Shown here piece by piece: positions 42,901-51,113 of a DNA stretch of 64,000 bases. The stretch lies in the NCBI GenBank assembly GCA_963796275.1, contig CAWCKY010000004.1, forward strand, positions 384,001 through 448,000. The letters are read 5' to 3'. The notes under the pieces were generated by a model, which saw nothing but the letters and a program-made list of their open reading frames with translations, made no database searches and was not told the origin of the DNA. How positions within the stretch are numbered: the stretch's first letter is position 1; each line of letters begins with the position of its first letter. Source of the stretch: an uncultured Acidobacteriota bacterium (GTDB taxonomy: Bacteria > Acidobacteriota > Blastocatellia > RBC074). The translations under genes and the position numbers were made by a program.

Positions 42901-43679
42901 ATTCCCAGCGTGGCGAGGGCAACCAGCAGGGCCGCGCCAATCAGAATCAGCAAAATCAGCAAAATCAACAGGGTCAGGGCCAGCAGGATCAACAGGGCCA
43001 GCAGGGGCAACAGGGCCAGCAAGGGCAACAGGGACAGCAGGGGCAACAGGGCCAGCAGGGGCAACAGGGGCAACAGGGCCAGCAGGGGCAACAGGGGCAA
43101 CAGGGCCAGCAGGGACAACAGGGCCAGCAGGGACAGCAGGGACAACAGGGACAGCAAGGGCAACAGGGCCAGGGTCAGGGTCAGGGTCAGGGTCAACGAG
43201 GAAATCAGTCAAACGGGCAAAACCGTGGCCAGAGCGATCAGGGTGAAGGGCAAGGCTCTCAACGATCGGAAGGATCACCTAACCCGCAGAATCACCAAAA
43301 TCCGGGTGGCGGCGGGCCTATTCGTGGCGTCCAGCTTGATAAGCAGTTCAAGGCTGAGCTTAACCAGTATCTGCGCGATGCCGAAGATTTGCGCCGCAAC
43401 CTTCCCCGTGACCGCGATCTCACGCGCAACCTCGACCAGGCGATCCAGGCATTGAAGCAGGCCGGCGAATTTATCGGGCGCGATGATAATCGCACCGCGG
43501 CATTATTGAAAACTCAGGTAGTCGATCCTCTCCGCAGCATTGAAATGGAACTGAGCAAACGTCTGCAAGCTAAGCTCGGTAAGAACAATCTGAGGCTGTC
43601 GGACGAAGGAGCCGCCCCGGAGCGTTATCGTAAGCTGGTCGACGAGTACTACAAACGCCTATCTTCAGGCTCGAAATAA
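39972..43679 (+). CDS. DUF4175-like membrane-anchored Ig/coiled-coil protein with Gln/Gly-rich tail
   Basis: Three N-terminal TMs, [16 protein letters not shown], long Q/E/R coiled coil, terminal [15 protein letters not shown]. Confidence 0.82.
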   Translation: MNYLDNQVFQIIRAVRKRRNLLTVLRGGAITLAISAVLLILSGFAAYRYRYNTGALVSLRIAALLGVIAAVYFFLVRPLRRKISDTRIARFVEEKHSGIGDRLVSAVEFSDEEQRSLFSPSIIERLIGDADRHARDVNVDEVIPRKRFWRLGGAGAACIALFLFALIFGPEELKSGILQLVAPASPAAASNALRLDIKPGTARVPKGSDQRISASLINFQAEQTTVFTRKAGGASDQWVGQPMEPAKNNNEFQLFIFNIQEDTEYFCESGGVRSEVYKLTVADLPFVKRIDQTQFAPSYTGMRPKIIEDAPDIAALAGTNVKLTAKLSIKAKGARIVLADGKKVEMELAGESDFAGTISVTKNTSYHIELTSVDGDVYNGSNEYDISVLEDRPPTVTFDKPGRDMRATSVEEVFTQAKAEDDYGVVSLDLHFSVNGGEEKKVDLQKLRGNSARTLSGAHTFFLEEYGLEPGDLISYYARARDARNETTSDIYFIEVKPFQKEFKQSQQGGGGGEGEDQGQGLTRRQKQVVAATFRVNRDEPTYSEQEKTENYTTVTLSQEKLHQDATALIDRIKRRMGDQISQEPQFVKLVDYLTEAAKSMAPAVTELKARKGKDAIVHEQKALQQLMRADAIFREMEIAISQDGQGNSSEAQELADLFELEMDKMKNQYETLKREQQQKSQKQDDETKRKLEELSQRMQRELEQQQQRMQSARNGGGGGGGRDQQQMIDEARKAARELERLSRERRDPQMMDLSNKLNQAADEMQRSQNAARNNNQQEALSRNLRAQQQIDEATRRLNQLQKSQGNQSIQGLRQRASNAAAQQQEIAKQVEDVARRSRAGDQSAGQSKQQLSERKDELANEVNNLERDIDQTARGLGQEQQEAANRLRDAATSIRQNRVADRIRGTRKMVDSNAFDAAQAGDREIQQNLDNVAQQLQEADKMAQRKGQQGGEADPLDKASQLANNIESMRRRLNSDSQRGEGNQQGRANQNQQNQQNQQGQGQQDQQGQQGQQGQQGQQGQQGQQGQQGQQGQQGQQGQQGQQGQQGQQGQQGQQGQQGQQGQQGQGQGQGQGQRGNQSNGQNRGQSDQGEGQGSQRSEGSPNPQNHQNPGGGGPIRGVQLDKQFKAELNQYLRDAEDLRRNLPRDRDLTRNLDQAIQALKQAGEFIGRDDNRTAALLKTQVVDPLRSIEMELSKRLQAKLGKNNLRLSDEGAAPERYRKLVDEYYKRLSSGSK
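42990..43193 (+). repeat. Coding tandem repeat (QQG)20 followed by (QG)4
   Basis: Twenty 9-bp CARCARGGN units counted from 42990 to 43169, then cagggt x4. Confidence 0.92.
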
Positions 43680-43714
43680 ATACTCGCAGTTATAATAAGG
43701 ATATAATTGCAACC

Positions 43715-43758
43715 GAACATGATTATCGACTAACTTATGTTAATCGATAATCATGTTC
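43715..43758 (+). terminator. Long hairpin after the MoxR/VWA operon
   Basis: gaacatgattatcgactaac-ttat-gttaatcgataatcatgttc; 20-bp arms with one mismatch; no clear U tract. Confidence 0.55.
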
Positions 43759-44209
43759 CCAGCCTGAATAGCCTCATTTCTTTAATTATTTTTACTAACA
43801 ACAACCTATACACTCGCCAGGAACTTATTATCCACTAATAACCATCATTACCGATGCTACCCTCATTTATATCTAATATTAATTCGACGTACGAACGATA
43901 TCTATCCTATTGATGTTTGTTCCAACTTCGTATAGCCTTTCTTTGGATCTTCAATGATCGGCTGTAGCTAAGTTACATATATTATAGATAAACATTAACA
44001 TAAACTATCATTGAACGATCTGCCCTATTCCTCACCTAATGACTGATGGTTAGATCACTTTGGTAGCCAGTTTGTGAGATATCTATCGCAGGCGGGCTTC
44101 TATATCTCAATGGTTTTAAACGAACCTAGAGAAAGTGATGTGTCTCGTTCTCTCTATCAGTCGCTTTAGGGTTTCTCCCATCTTTTTCAAGGACGCCACT
44201 TTTTAACTT

Positions 44210-44261
44210 GTGTGTCGGCAGCAAATCCGTTGCCGTGTTGGGATACTTATCCCACTCACAC
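44210..44261 (+). promoter_or_regulatory. Candidate structured 5'-leader RNA, copy 1
   Basis: GTGTG..CGGCAGC-aaatcc-GTTGCCG..GGGAT-actt-ATCCC..CACAC; covaries with the copy at 45737-45787. Confidence 0.55.
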
Positions 44262-44320
44262 TTTTCATAAAACGTTCCTTGCCATCAGGTGTAGGAAGAC
44301 AATCAGGAGAGAACAAGACA

Positions 44321-45268
44321 GTGAAAAAGTTAACGACAATATCATTCTTTGCGCTGGCGCTTGCTGCTTCATTGGCCTTAGGTCTTATGGGCAATCATTC
44401 TGCCGACGCCAAAGTCAACTCATCAACTACATCAGCTGCGAGCATCAGTGCTCAGATGTCGGGTGTGCCGATTTTCGCTTTGGGCGCCCGCAATAACACG
44501 CTTTATCTACTCTCAGGTTCGACTTTTAACAGGATAGGCGCTATCAGCCCGGTTAACGGGACTGTGGTTGAGTGCGATTTTCGTACCGCTAACAACCAGC
44601 TTATGTGTGTGACGAACGCAGGTAGCTTCTATTCGGTTAATACGGCTAATGCCCAGGCTACTTTAGTGGCTAACCTGTCACCAAATAACCCCACTGCTCA
44701 GCTATTGGATATCAATCCAGTGGCCGATGCATTCAGGTGGGTAGGAACGAACGAAACTAACCTTGCTATCGTCAAAAACGCAGCAGGCGTCTTCAATACG
44801 GTAGCGACCCAAACATCCTTCGCTTATGTCGCGGGCGATGTACGCGCAGGCACGAATCCGAATCTGGTCGCGGGCTCATATGACAATAACCTGAATGGCC
44901 TGGCGACTACCACCTTCTTCATATTCGATTCCGGCACCAACCAGGCGGTCACGATCGCAGACAGGACTGCCACGGGGAGTTCGAATACTGGCGGAGGCCG
45001 GTTGGTAACTATTGGTAGTGTGATCGACCAGGATGGTCCGATAGACATCACCGCTGATTCTGGTTCAGACATCAAAACCTTTGCAAACCTGGGCAATCTA
45101 AATATTGCTGCATTACTTACCACTGGTAGACTCAGTTTCATATTTACCGCCCAGGTTCCAAATATCGTAACGCCCGGACAGACACAGAATCTCGGTGCCT
45201 TCAGTCAAGGCGTTGTCGGTAGTGATGGTAACAATAATTGGTCGGATGTCATGATCCCAATCCAATAA
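44321..45268 (+). CDS. Exported DUF4394-like protein, copy 1
   Basis: GTG follows AGGAG; signal peptide; CDFRTANNQL, DINPVADAFR, AYVAGD, NPNLVAGSY. Confidence 0.78.
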   Translation: MKKLTTISFFALALAASLALGLMGNHSADAKVNSSTTSAASISAQMSGVPIFALGARNNTLYLLSGSTFNRIGAISPVNGTVVECDFRTANNQLMCVTNAGSFYSVNTANAQATLVANLSPNNPTAQLLDINPVADAFRWVGTNETNLAIVKNAAGVFNTVATQTSFAYVAGDVRAGTNPNLVAGSYDNNLNGLATTTFFIFDSGTNQAVTIADRTATGSSNTGGGRLVTIGSVIDQDGPIDITADSGSDIKTFANLGNLNIAALLTTGRLSFIFTAQVPNIVTPGQTQNLGAFSQGVVGSDGNNNWSDVMIPIQ

Positions 45269-45315
45269 CAACCATTTGCTGGGTCAACTGCGACACAGTG
45301 AATAAATACATCCTT

Positions 45316-45368
45316 TTCTCGAACATTCCATCCGCAAAGCATAACTTTACGGATGGAATGTTCGAGAA
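45316..45368 (+). terminator. 3' hairpin of DUF4394 copy 1
   Basis: Perfect 19-bp arms ttctcgaacattccatccg / cggatggaatgttcgagaa. Confidence 0.65.
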
Positions 45369-45736
45369 GGTTAATGCAAAGACAGTAGCAATCAGTTCAG
45401 TAAAGAGTAACAACCCGCGCCTGAAACAAAGCCAATATCCTTAAATCCAGTCTATTTTAAAATACTAACCTACCATAAAGAATGGCTTCCTGCTTGATAT
45501 TTAATTCAATATTGTTTAAGCTTTCTACGGATCTACTAATGCATAGCTTCACAATTATAGAGTCCCAATAACAAAGTTACCGTTGAAAGCTATCATTGTA
45601 AGATCCGCCCTTTCCTCACCTAATAACAATATATAGGTTTTGGATTTTGCCTATTGCTTCGTGCCCTTTCGTGGACTGAATTACCGGTCCATTTCGTAGC
45701 CTACAGAACGCCTACTAGAACGCCTTCAAACAATTA

Positions 45737-45787
45737 GTGTGGCGGTAGCACCCGGTTACCGTTAGGAGATGTTTATCTCATTCACAC
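45737..45787 (+). promoter_or_regulatory. Candidate structured 5'-leader RNA, copy 2
   Basis: GTGTG..CGGTAGC-acccg-GTTACCG..GAGAT-gttt-ATCTC..CACAC. Confidence 0.55.
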
Positions 45788-45836
45788 TTATATATACTCG
45801 ATAACCAATCCTTATTTAGGAAAAATCAGGAGCGAT

Positions 45837-46820
45837 ATGACCAAGAAGAAGCTAACGACATTTACATTAATTGCGCTGGCGCTTGCTGTCTCATTGACGT
45901 TCGGTCTTATGGGCAATCATTCTGCCAAAGCTAAAACCACCCCAAACACATCGGCTGTGACAGCAGCATTGTTTCCGAGCCTCAGTGCACAGGTTCCAGG
46001 GCTAAATATTCAGTACTACGCGCTTGCTAACAACAGCTTATATGTCCTGTCAGGCACGACCTTTAACAGGATTAATACCATCAGCAATATCGGTAATGAC
46101 ACGATAATCGGAATCGATTTTCGCCCGCTTGACGGTCAGCTTTATGCATTGTCGAACAACAGCAGGCTCTATACGATAAATCCTGCTAATGCTGTTGCTA
46201 CCCTTGTGAGCACCGTGGCGCCTACCGGTGGCGTTGGCAACTCATCGTTGTTTGATTTCAATCCGGTCGTCGATGCAATAAGAATTATTGGATCAAATGA
46301 TCAAAACTTCGCTGTAGTCAAAGGCGCAAACGGTATCCTCAATACTGTGGCACAACAAACCAGTGTGGCTTATGCCGCGGGTGATGTTTTCGCTGGCACC
46401 AACCCGAACATTGTCGGAGCAGCATATACCAGTAACTTCAATGGTGCGACGGCTACCCTCTTTTATGCATTGGATTCTAACACCAACAAAGTTGTAACGA
46501 TCGCGAACAGAGTTAATGGGAGCTCTGCCACTGGCGGAGGTCAATTGCAAACCATCGGCACTTTGTTTGTTAACGGCCTTGCTATGGACTTCAACGATAC
46601 AGCTGACATGGACATTGTCACCTTTCGAGCAGCAGGAAACCTCGATGTTGGCATTGGGTTAAATGGAAACAGCCTCTTTACAACGTTCTTTATTCAGGTC
46701 AGCCAGACTCTACCTCTTGGCACACAGCAGAATCTTGGTGCCAACGGGATGACTGTAAATTTCAGTACTGGTCCAAACACCATACCCAGTGATGTTGCCG
46801 CTGCCATACCACTACAATAA
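45837..46820 (+). CDS. Exported DUF4394 protein, copy 2
   Basis: IIGIDFRPLDGQLYAL, LYTINP, FDFNPVVDAIRI, NPNIVGAAYT; signal peptide nearly identical to copy 1. Confidence 0.85.
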   Translation: MTKKKLTTFTLIALALAVSLTFGLMGNHSAKAKTTPNTSAVTAALFPSLSAQVPGLNIQYYALANNSLYVLSGTTFNRINTISNIGNDTIIGIDFRPLDGQLYALSNNSRLYTINPANAVATLVSTVAPTGGVGNSSLFDFNPVVDAIRIIGSNDQNFAVVKGANGILNTVAQQTSVAYAAGDVFAGTNPNIVGAAYTSNFNGATATLFYALDSNTNKVVTIANRVNGSSATGGGQLQTIGTLFVNGLAMDFNDTADMDIVTFRAAGNLDVGIGLNGNSLFTTFFIQVSQTLPLGTQQNLGANGMTVNFSTGPNTIPSDVAAAIPLQ

Positions 46821-46863
46821 TAATCATTGGTGCGATCAATAGCGATGTAGTGAATAACACTGG

Positions 46864-46921
46864 CCCACTCGAAAATTCCTTCTAGCTTGTAATGTTTCGC
46901 TGGATGGAATTTTTGAGTGGG
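46864..46921 (+). terminator. 3' hairpin of DUF4394 copy 2
   Basis: cccactcgaaaattccttctagc ... gctggatggaatttttgagtggg; homologous to 45316-45368. Confidence 0.6.
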
Positions 46922-46945
46922 ATTGACACAAGAGACAGGAACAAA

Positions 46946-47022
46946 CAGTACCGCGAGCGGGGGCGTGCGAGTCTTCATCAAAGAACATTTGAGGTGATAT
47001 CACGCGCTACCGCACGCGGTGC
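46946..47022. repeat. REP-like inverted repeat between convergent genes
   Basis: gtaccgcgagcgggggcgtg ... cacgcgctaccgcacgcggtgc. Confidence 0.55.
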
Positions 47023-47031
47023 AAACCGCTT

Positions 47032-48804
47032 CTAAAATTTCAAAATATGGTCTGTCACACGCTGGCAAGGCTTCAATTCAATCTCATTCTTCTTCGCTTC
47101 AGCTTCTTTTCGTAATTTCGCGCGTTCACCGCTGTCCCTGGCGAGAGGCAGGGTTTGTCGATCAATAATCTCTTCATCCGAAACGATACGCGTCAACAAC
47201 CAGTATCTCCCCGGCGCCAGGTTTTTGAAGGTAAATGTTCTATCGCCGCCAATCAGAGTTTCACCGTATCGCAACACGTCATCGGCTGCCGTTGTCTCAG
47301 CCGGAACCAGATGAATCCGAAGCCGGCTAGGTATCTGCGGCCCTTCCGCTTCGGCGACGACTTTGCCGCGCAGGCTTGCAGCGCCTTCCGCCACTGTCAC
47401 GGTTATACCTGTCAGATTCTCCCCGGCTCTGATCGCGATGCCCGAACGGTTGACATCGAGATCGCCGGCTAACCTGGATACTGCCCCGGTCCGTCGCGCA
47501 GGCGCTGCGGATTTGGTTGTGATCGATTTAACGTACCAGTTTCCACTCGGCAATGAAGGTTCAAGCCGATATCGTCCCGGCATTAAATACCGAACTGTGA
47601 AATCACCTGTATCGCTGACTCCCGTATCGGACAGCGAGAACTGAATGGATTGATCGATGCCCTGCTCCTTATCATCGCGCCGAGGGGATAACAGAATTTC
47701 TTCTATCACATTTTTGTTCTTATCCGCGCAAGCGCTCTGTGATTTTTCGAGGGCGACTCGACCGCTTATCGAAGCCATCGGCGCCATCTTCAGCTCGATC
47801 CCGGTGACATCAGCTCCCTTCACCGTCACACGGCGAGGCAAGGATGACAATTGCTCTTCGTTGCCTCCCCCTCGACGCGCCATGATTTCATATTCACCAT
47901 CATCCACCCCTAAAATCGCAAAACCGTTTTCGCTTTCGCCGCTTCGAGCCGAGGATGACCCTGAAAATGTCCCCGTAGCCGTATTGAAGAGCGTAATGCC
48001 CGCAAGCATATATGGCGTGGACGAGTCACCGCCCCCGGTTACAGTCCCGCTGATGACATGCCCACGCTCGTCGCGTAAGCGAATGTCGATGCCCATCGCT
48101 TCACTTCCGTTCGAGACTGTCACCTCGGAAGCCGTATCTCGTGTAGATGACGGGTGGTATGTTGTGGCCGACTGAGTATCTCCGACAGCCCGGCAATAAA
48201 CAATGTAGGTGCCGGGCGCCAGGCCGTATAGACGGTAGATACCGCGATCATCCGTCATGCGGGTTCGACCGCCAGTGGATTGGCGTACCTTGAAGCCCTC
48301 GGCATCGCGCACCATTAACGCGCTGATATAAACACCGGTAATCGGTTCTCCATCCGTAGTTATTACCTTACCCGTGATCACTCCGCCCTTGATCAGAGTG
48401 AGGGTGGCGCTCTCACCGATCCGATAAACGCGCCTCTCGCGTCTCTCGGTTGCTGGAGGAGGCTGCACGGCATATCCTCCCGTTCGGAAAATATTGACCT
48501 GGTAGGGGCGAGGAGAGAGTCCCATAAAACGAAAATTTCCATTCTCATCCGTAGTCACACTACGAGCCACGCTACCCAATGCACCTTGACCCGTACTCAC
48601 CGGGTAAAGACTGACACTCATATTCGGCGCTCCATTGCCGTCTTCCGTCACGACCCGGCCGGTGATCTCGCCCGTTCGCCCCGCCTGCACCGTTTGTCGC
48701 GTTTGCCCCATTTGCCACGTTTGCTGGGCGTTGCTCGGATAGAATGTGGCAATCAGCAGGAGAGCTATCGAGGCAGCGCGGCGCCAGCAAATTACGATAT
48801 TCAT
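47032..48804 (-). CDS. Exported multi-domain carboxypeptidase regulatory-like (prealbumin-fold repeat) protein
   Basis: Signal peptide; repeated ITGRV..TDENGNFRF, GGVITGKV..TDDRGIYRLYGLAPG, LAPGRY modules. Confidence 0.83.
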   Translation of the reverse strand: MNIVICWRRAASIALLLIATFYPSNAQQTWQMGQTRQTVQAGRTGEITGRVVTEDGNGAPNMSVSLYPVSTGQGALGSVARSVTTDENGNFRFMGLSPRPYQVNIFRTGGYAVQPPPATERRERRVYRIGESATLTLIKGGVITGKVITTDGEPITGVYISALMVRDAEGFKVRQSTGGRTRMTDDRGIYRLYGLAPGTYIVYCRAVGDTQSATTYHPSSTRDTASEVTVSNGSEAMGIDIRLRDERGHVISGTVTGGGDSSTPYMLAGITLFNTATGTFSGSSSARSGESENGFAILGVDDGEYEIMARRGGGNEEQLSSLPRRVTVKGADVTGIELKMAPMASISGRVALEKSQSACADKNKNVIEEILLSPRRDDKEQGIDQSIQFSLSDTGVSDTGDFTVRYLMPGRYRLEPSLPSGNWYVKSITTKSAAPARRTGAVSRLAGDLDVNRSGIAIRAGENLTGITVTVAEGAASLRGKVVAEAEGPQIPSRLRIHLVPAETTAADDVLRYGETLIGGDRTFTFKNLAPGRYWLLTRIVSDEEIIDRQTLPLARDSGERAKLRKEAEAKKNEIELKPCQRVTDHILKF

Positions 48805-50516
48805 TGATTGCCCTCCTGCTGGCCGAGATCGATCATGAAAGTGATGGATGTCTGGTTATTGTTGGAGACAACGACCTTCTGTTTGGCTTGACTGAACGCC
48901 CTCGAAAGCCGGGCCTGGGCATCAGGTTGCGACACACCGGGATAAAATTGCGGGGTCACGTGCAATTCATATTCCCCAGAACCCAGATTTCCAATGACGA
49001 AACGCCCGCCTTGATCTACCTCTCCTCTCGGCAGATATCTTCCCTGAATCTGTTCCGCCAGGTGACGAGCGTTTACGTACATCCTCAAGTTCCTGGGCAG
49101 AGTCCCATTTACGATCTTCACTTCTCCGCGAATCTCATAAATGCTATGGATAAGGACGACGCGTACGTTCGATAGATTCTCTCCCGGGCCGACTGTGATT
49201 CCTTCTGGATGAGACGCTCCGTTATGCTCGAGACGAAGCATGGTAAACTGGCTCATCAAGCCATCGGTTCTAAAATAGGGTGAGACTAATACTTTCCCAG
49301 GGTTCAGTCCCTTGACGACGAAGCTGCCATCCGGACCTACCTTGACAGCACCAGGGCCCGGCCCACTCGCCCCTTCCGATCTACTATAGAAATAGAGCTG
49401 GAGGTGCGACAGTTTCGCCAACACCGCCGGATCATTTGCGCCTTCGATCACGACGGAACCGCTAAGAGTACTGCCCTGCTTTATTCTCACCTCAATGCCA
49501 TGCGCGTCGCTGTCGACAACATCGCAAGAGGCTGGTTCGCTGTAGAAATCATCGCCCTGGTTGCCGCGCGCGAAGATAGCATATTTACCCTTAACAATAC
49601 CCTGCAACCGAAATTCCCCTTTTGCATCTGTGGGTTCGCCATTACCGGACCACGATTGTACTGTGCGACCATCCGGTGAAATAGTACCGCAGTAAAGCCG
49701 GACTCCCGAGACAGGCTGCCCCGTCCCGCCGTCCACGACCCGCCCAAATATGGCGTATGACTTTTTCGCGTCACCGAGAACAATGTCGACTCCGGTAGAT
49801 TCAGAACCTTCGCCGACCTCGAGCACCTTCGCCTGCGCTTGATCGGTAACATCCGGGTGGTAAGTCCTTGGATAAAGGCTTTGACTAGGCCTCGGTGAGG
49901 AACTTTCAGGCGAATTCCCCGCTCTAACCAGATATCGTCCCTCCGGCAGTCCGTAGATGCGATAGATGCCGCGATCATCCGTATCGCTCATGCCGTAGGT
50001 ATTAATATGGAAATATTGCGGCTTCCCGCTCTCATCGATCCTCATCAACTCAACTTGCTCTTCAACTAACGGGCGGCCACTCGAATCGGTTATGGATCCT
50101 GTAATCACACCGCCGCGTTTAAGTTCGATATCGATGTTCTCAATGGTTTCGTTATCGCCGACGTTAAGTATCCTACCACTCATCCCTTGATATGCCGGAT
50201 TTCCTTCGGATAAGACGTACGCGGCCGCGGCCGCGCTCACCGAATAACGACCGGACGCCACACCGGTTATGCGGAAAATCCCATTCGCATCGGTCTTGGC
50301 GCGCGGCGCTGTAGCCGTATCCGATGACGTAACCAATGGGCGCTGCTCGCGTAATGTTACAGTAACACCACGCATCGGCTCTTCTTTTACGGTAACCCGG
50401 CCTGAGACTGTGGAAGTACCGGCCTTTGTCTCTTTCGATTGGGCGTGTGCGGTAAAGCTAAGGGGAAAACAACAGAGAGTTGCCAGAGCAAAGGCTGTGA
50501 GTATGAGCTTTGACAT
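48801..50516 (-). CDS. Exported carboxypeptidase regulatory-like repeat protein (paralogue)
   Basis: Signal peptide; VSGRV..TDANGIFRITG, GGVITG..TDDRGIYRIYGLPEGRY, TYHP; 4-bp overlap with the next gene. Confidence 0.83.
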   Translation of the reverse strand: MSKLILTAFALATLCCFPLSFTAHAQSKETKAGTSTVSGRVTVKEEPMRGVTVTLREQRPLVTSSDTATAPRAKTDANGIFRITGVASGRYSVSAAAAAYVLSEGNPAYQGMSGRILNVGDNETIENIDIELKRGGVITGSITDSSGRPLVEEQVELMRIDESGKPQYFHINTYGMSDTDDRGIYRIYGLPEGRYLVRAGNSPESSSPRPSQSLYPRTYHPDVTDQAQAKVLEVGEGSESTGVDIVLGDAKKSYAIFGRVVDGGTGQPVSGVRLYCGTISPDGRTVQSWSGNGEPTDAKGEFRLQGIVKGKYAIFARGNQGDDFYSEPASCDVVDSDAHGIEVRIKQGSTLSGSVVIEGANDPAVLAKLSHLQLYFYSRSEGASGPGPGAVKVGPDGSFVVKGLNPGKVLVSPYFRTDGLMSQFTMLRLEHNGASHPEGITVGPGENLSNVRVVLIHSIYEIRGEVKIVNGTLPRNLRMYVNARHLAEQIQGRYLPRGEVDQGGRFVIGNLGSGEYELHVTPQFYPGVSQPDAQARLSRAFSQAKQKVVVSNNNQTSITFMIDLGQQEGNQ

Positions 50517-51113
50517 GCTTCCTCCAAAACCCAGGCCGAAGGTCCAGGTGGAATGTTGGTTGTTTCGTTTTCAAAATTGCTGGCCGTTCAAAATCAGGAG
50601 TTTTCCTCACGCGAGGCCACCAAGATGTCAAGAGAACATTCAAAAAGAAGAACGAAGAACCTTATGGACTTTGCGTCCCGGCGTGAGATTTTCGCTTCTC
50701 CGTCGCATCCGCGGTGAATACCGTCGTCACTGAAAATCGCATCGAAATCATATGCACACTGGGGTGCTATTGCAACTGCATGCACAATCCATCTAAGGTT
50801 TGCGCTAAAGAGATATTTCCTTTTTTCGACTTCTCTCCTACAATAGCGACCGCTCTGATTGGTAAACGAAGATATATCCTTACCATCAATTGGCCACCCC
50901 AAAGCCGATATTCGAAGCAATTGATGACCGGAGCATTCTGTAGATGAAGTCAGTTACATTAATGGTGTCGTCTGCGATCTGATGTTTACGGAAGTCGTCA
51001 CTTGCAATTCATCAAGTCGCTGACTACCTCTGTAATCGCTCGGCGCGTCATCTCCGTGGTCTCAAATGATGTGAATCCCTTATCCTTACCACATTACAAC
51101 TAAAGGAGTTCTT

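Noticed and set aside
42528-43455. Leu-rich, Arg-rich and Pro/Ala-rich repeat ORFs
   Set aside because: Alternative-frame or antisense readings of the (QQG)n tract.
45737-45787. c-di-GMP-I riboswitch, suggested by GGTAGC...GTTACCG
   Set aside because: The upstream GGCAAA / GAAA tetraloop / GACGCAAAG elements are absent in both copies.
50517-51113. Short ORFs in the divergent spacer (50594-50920, 50714-50947)
   Set aside because: No motifs, and the frames are not preserved in the duplicated spacer at 54730-55170.
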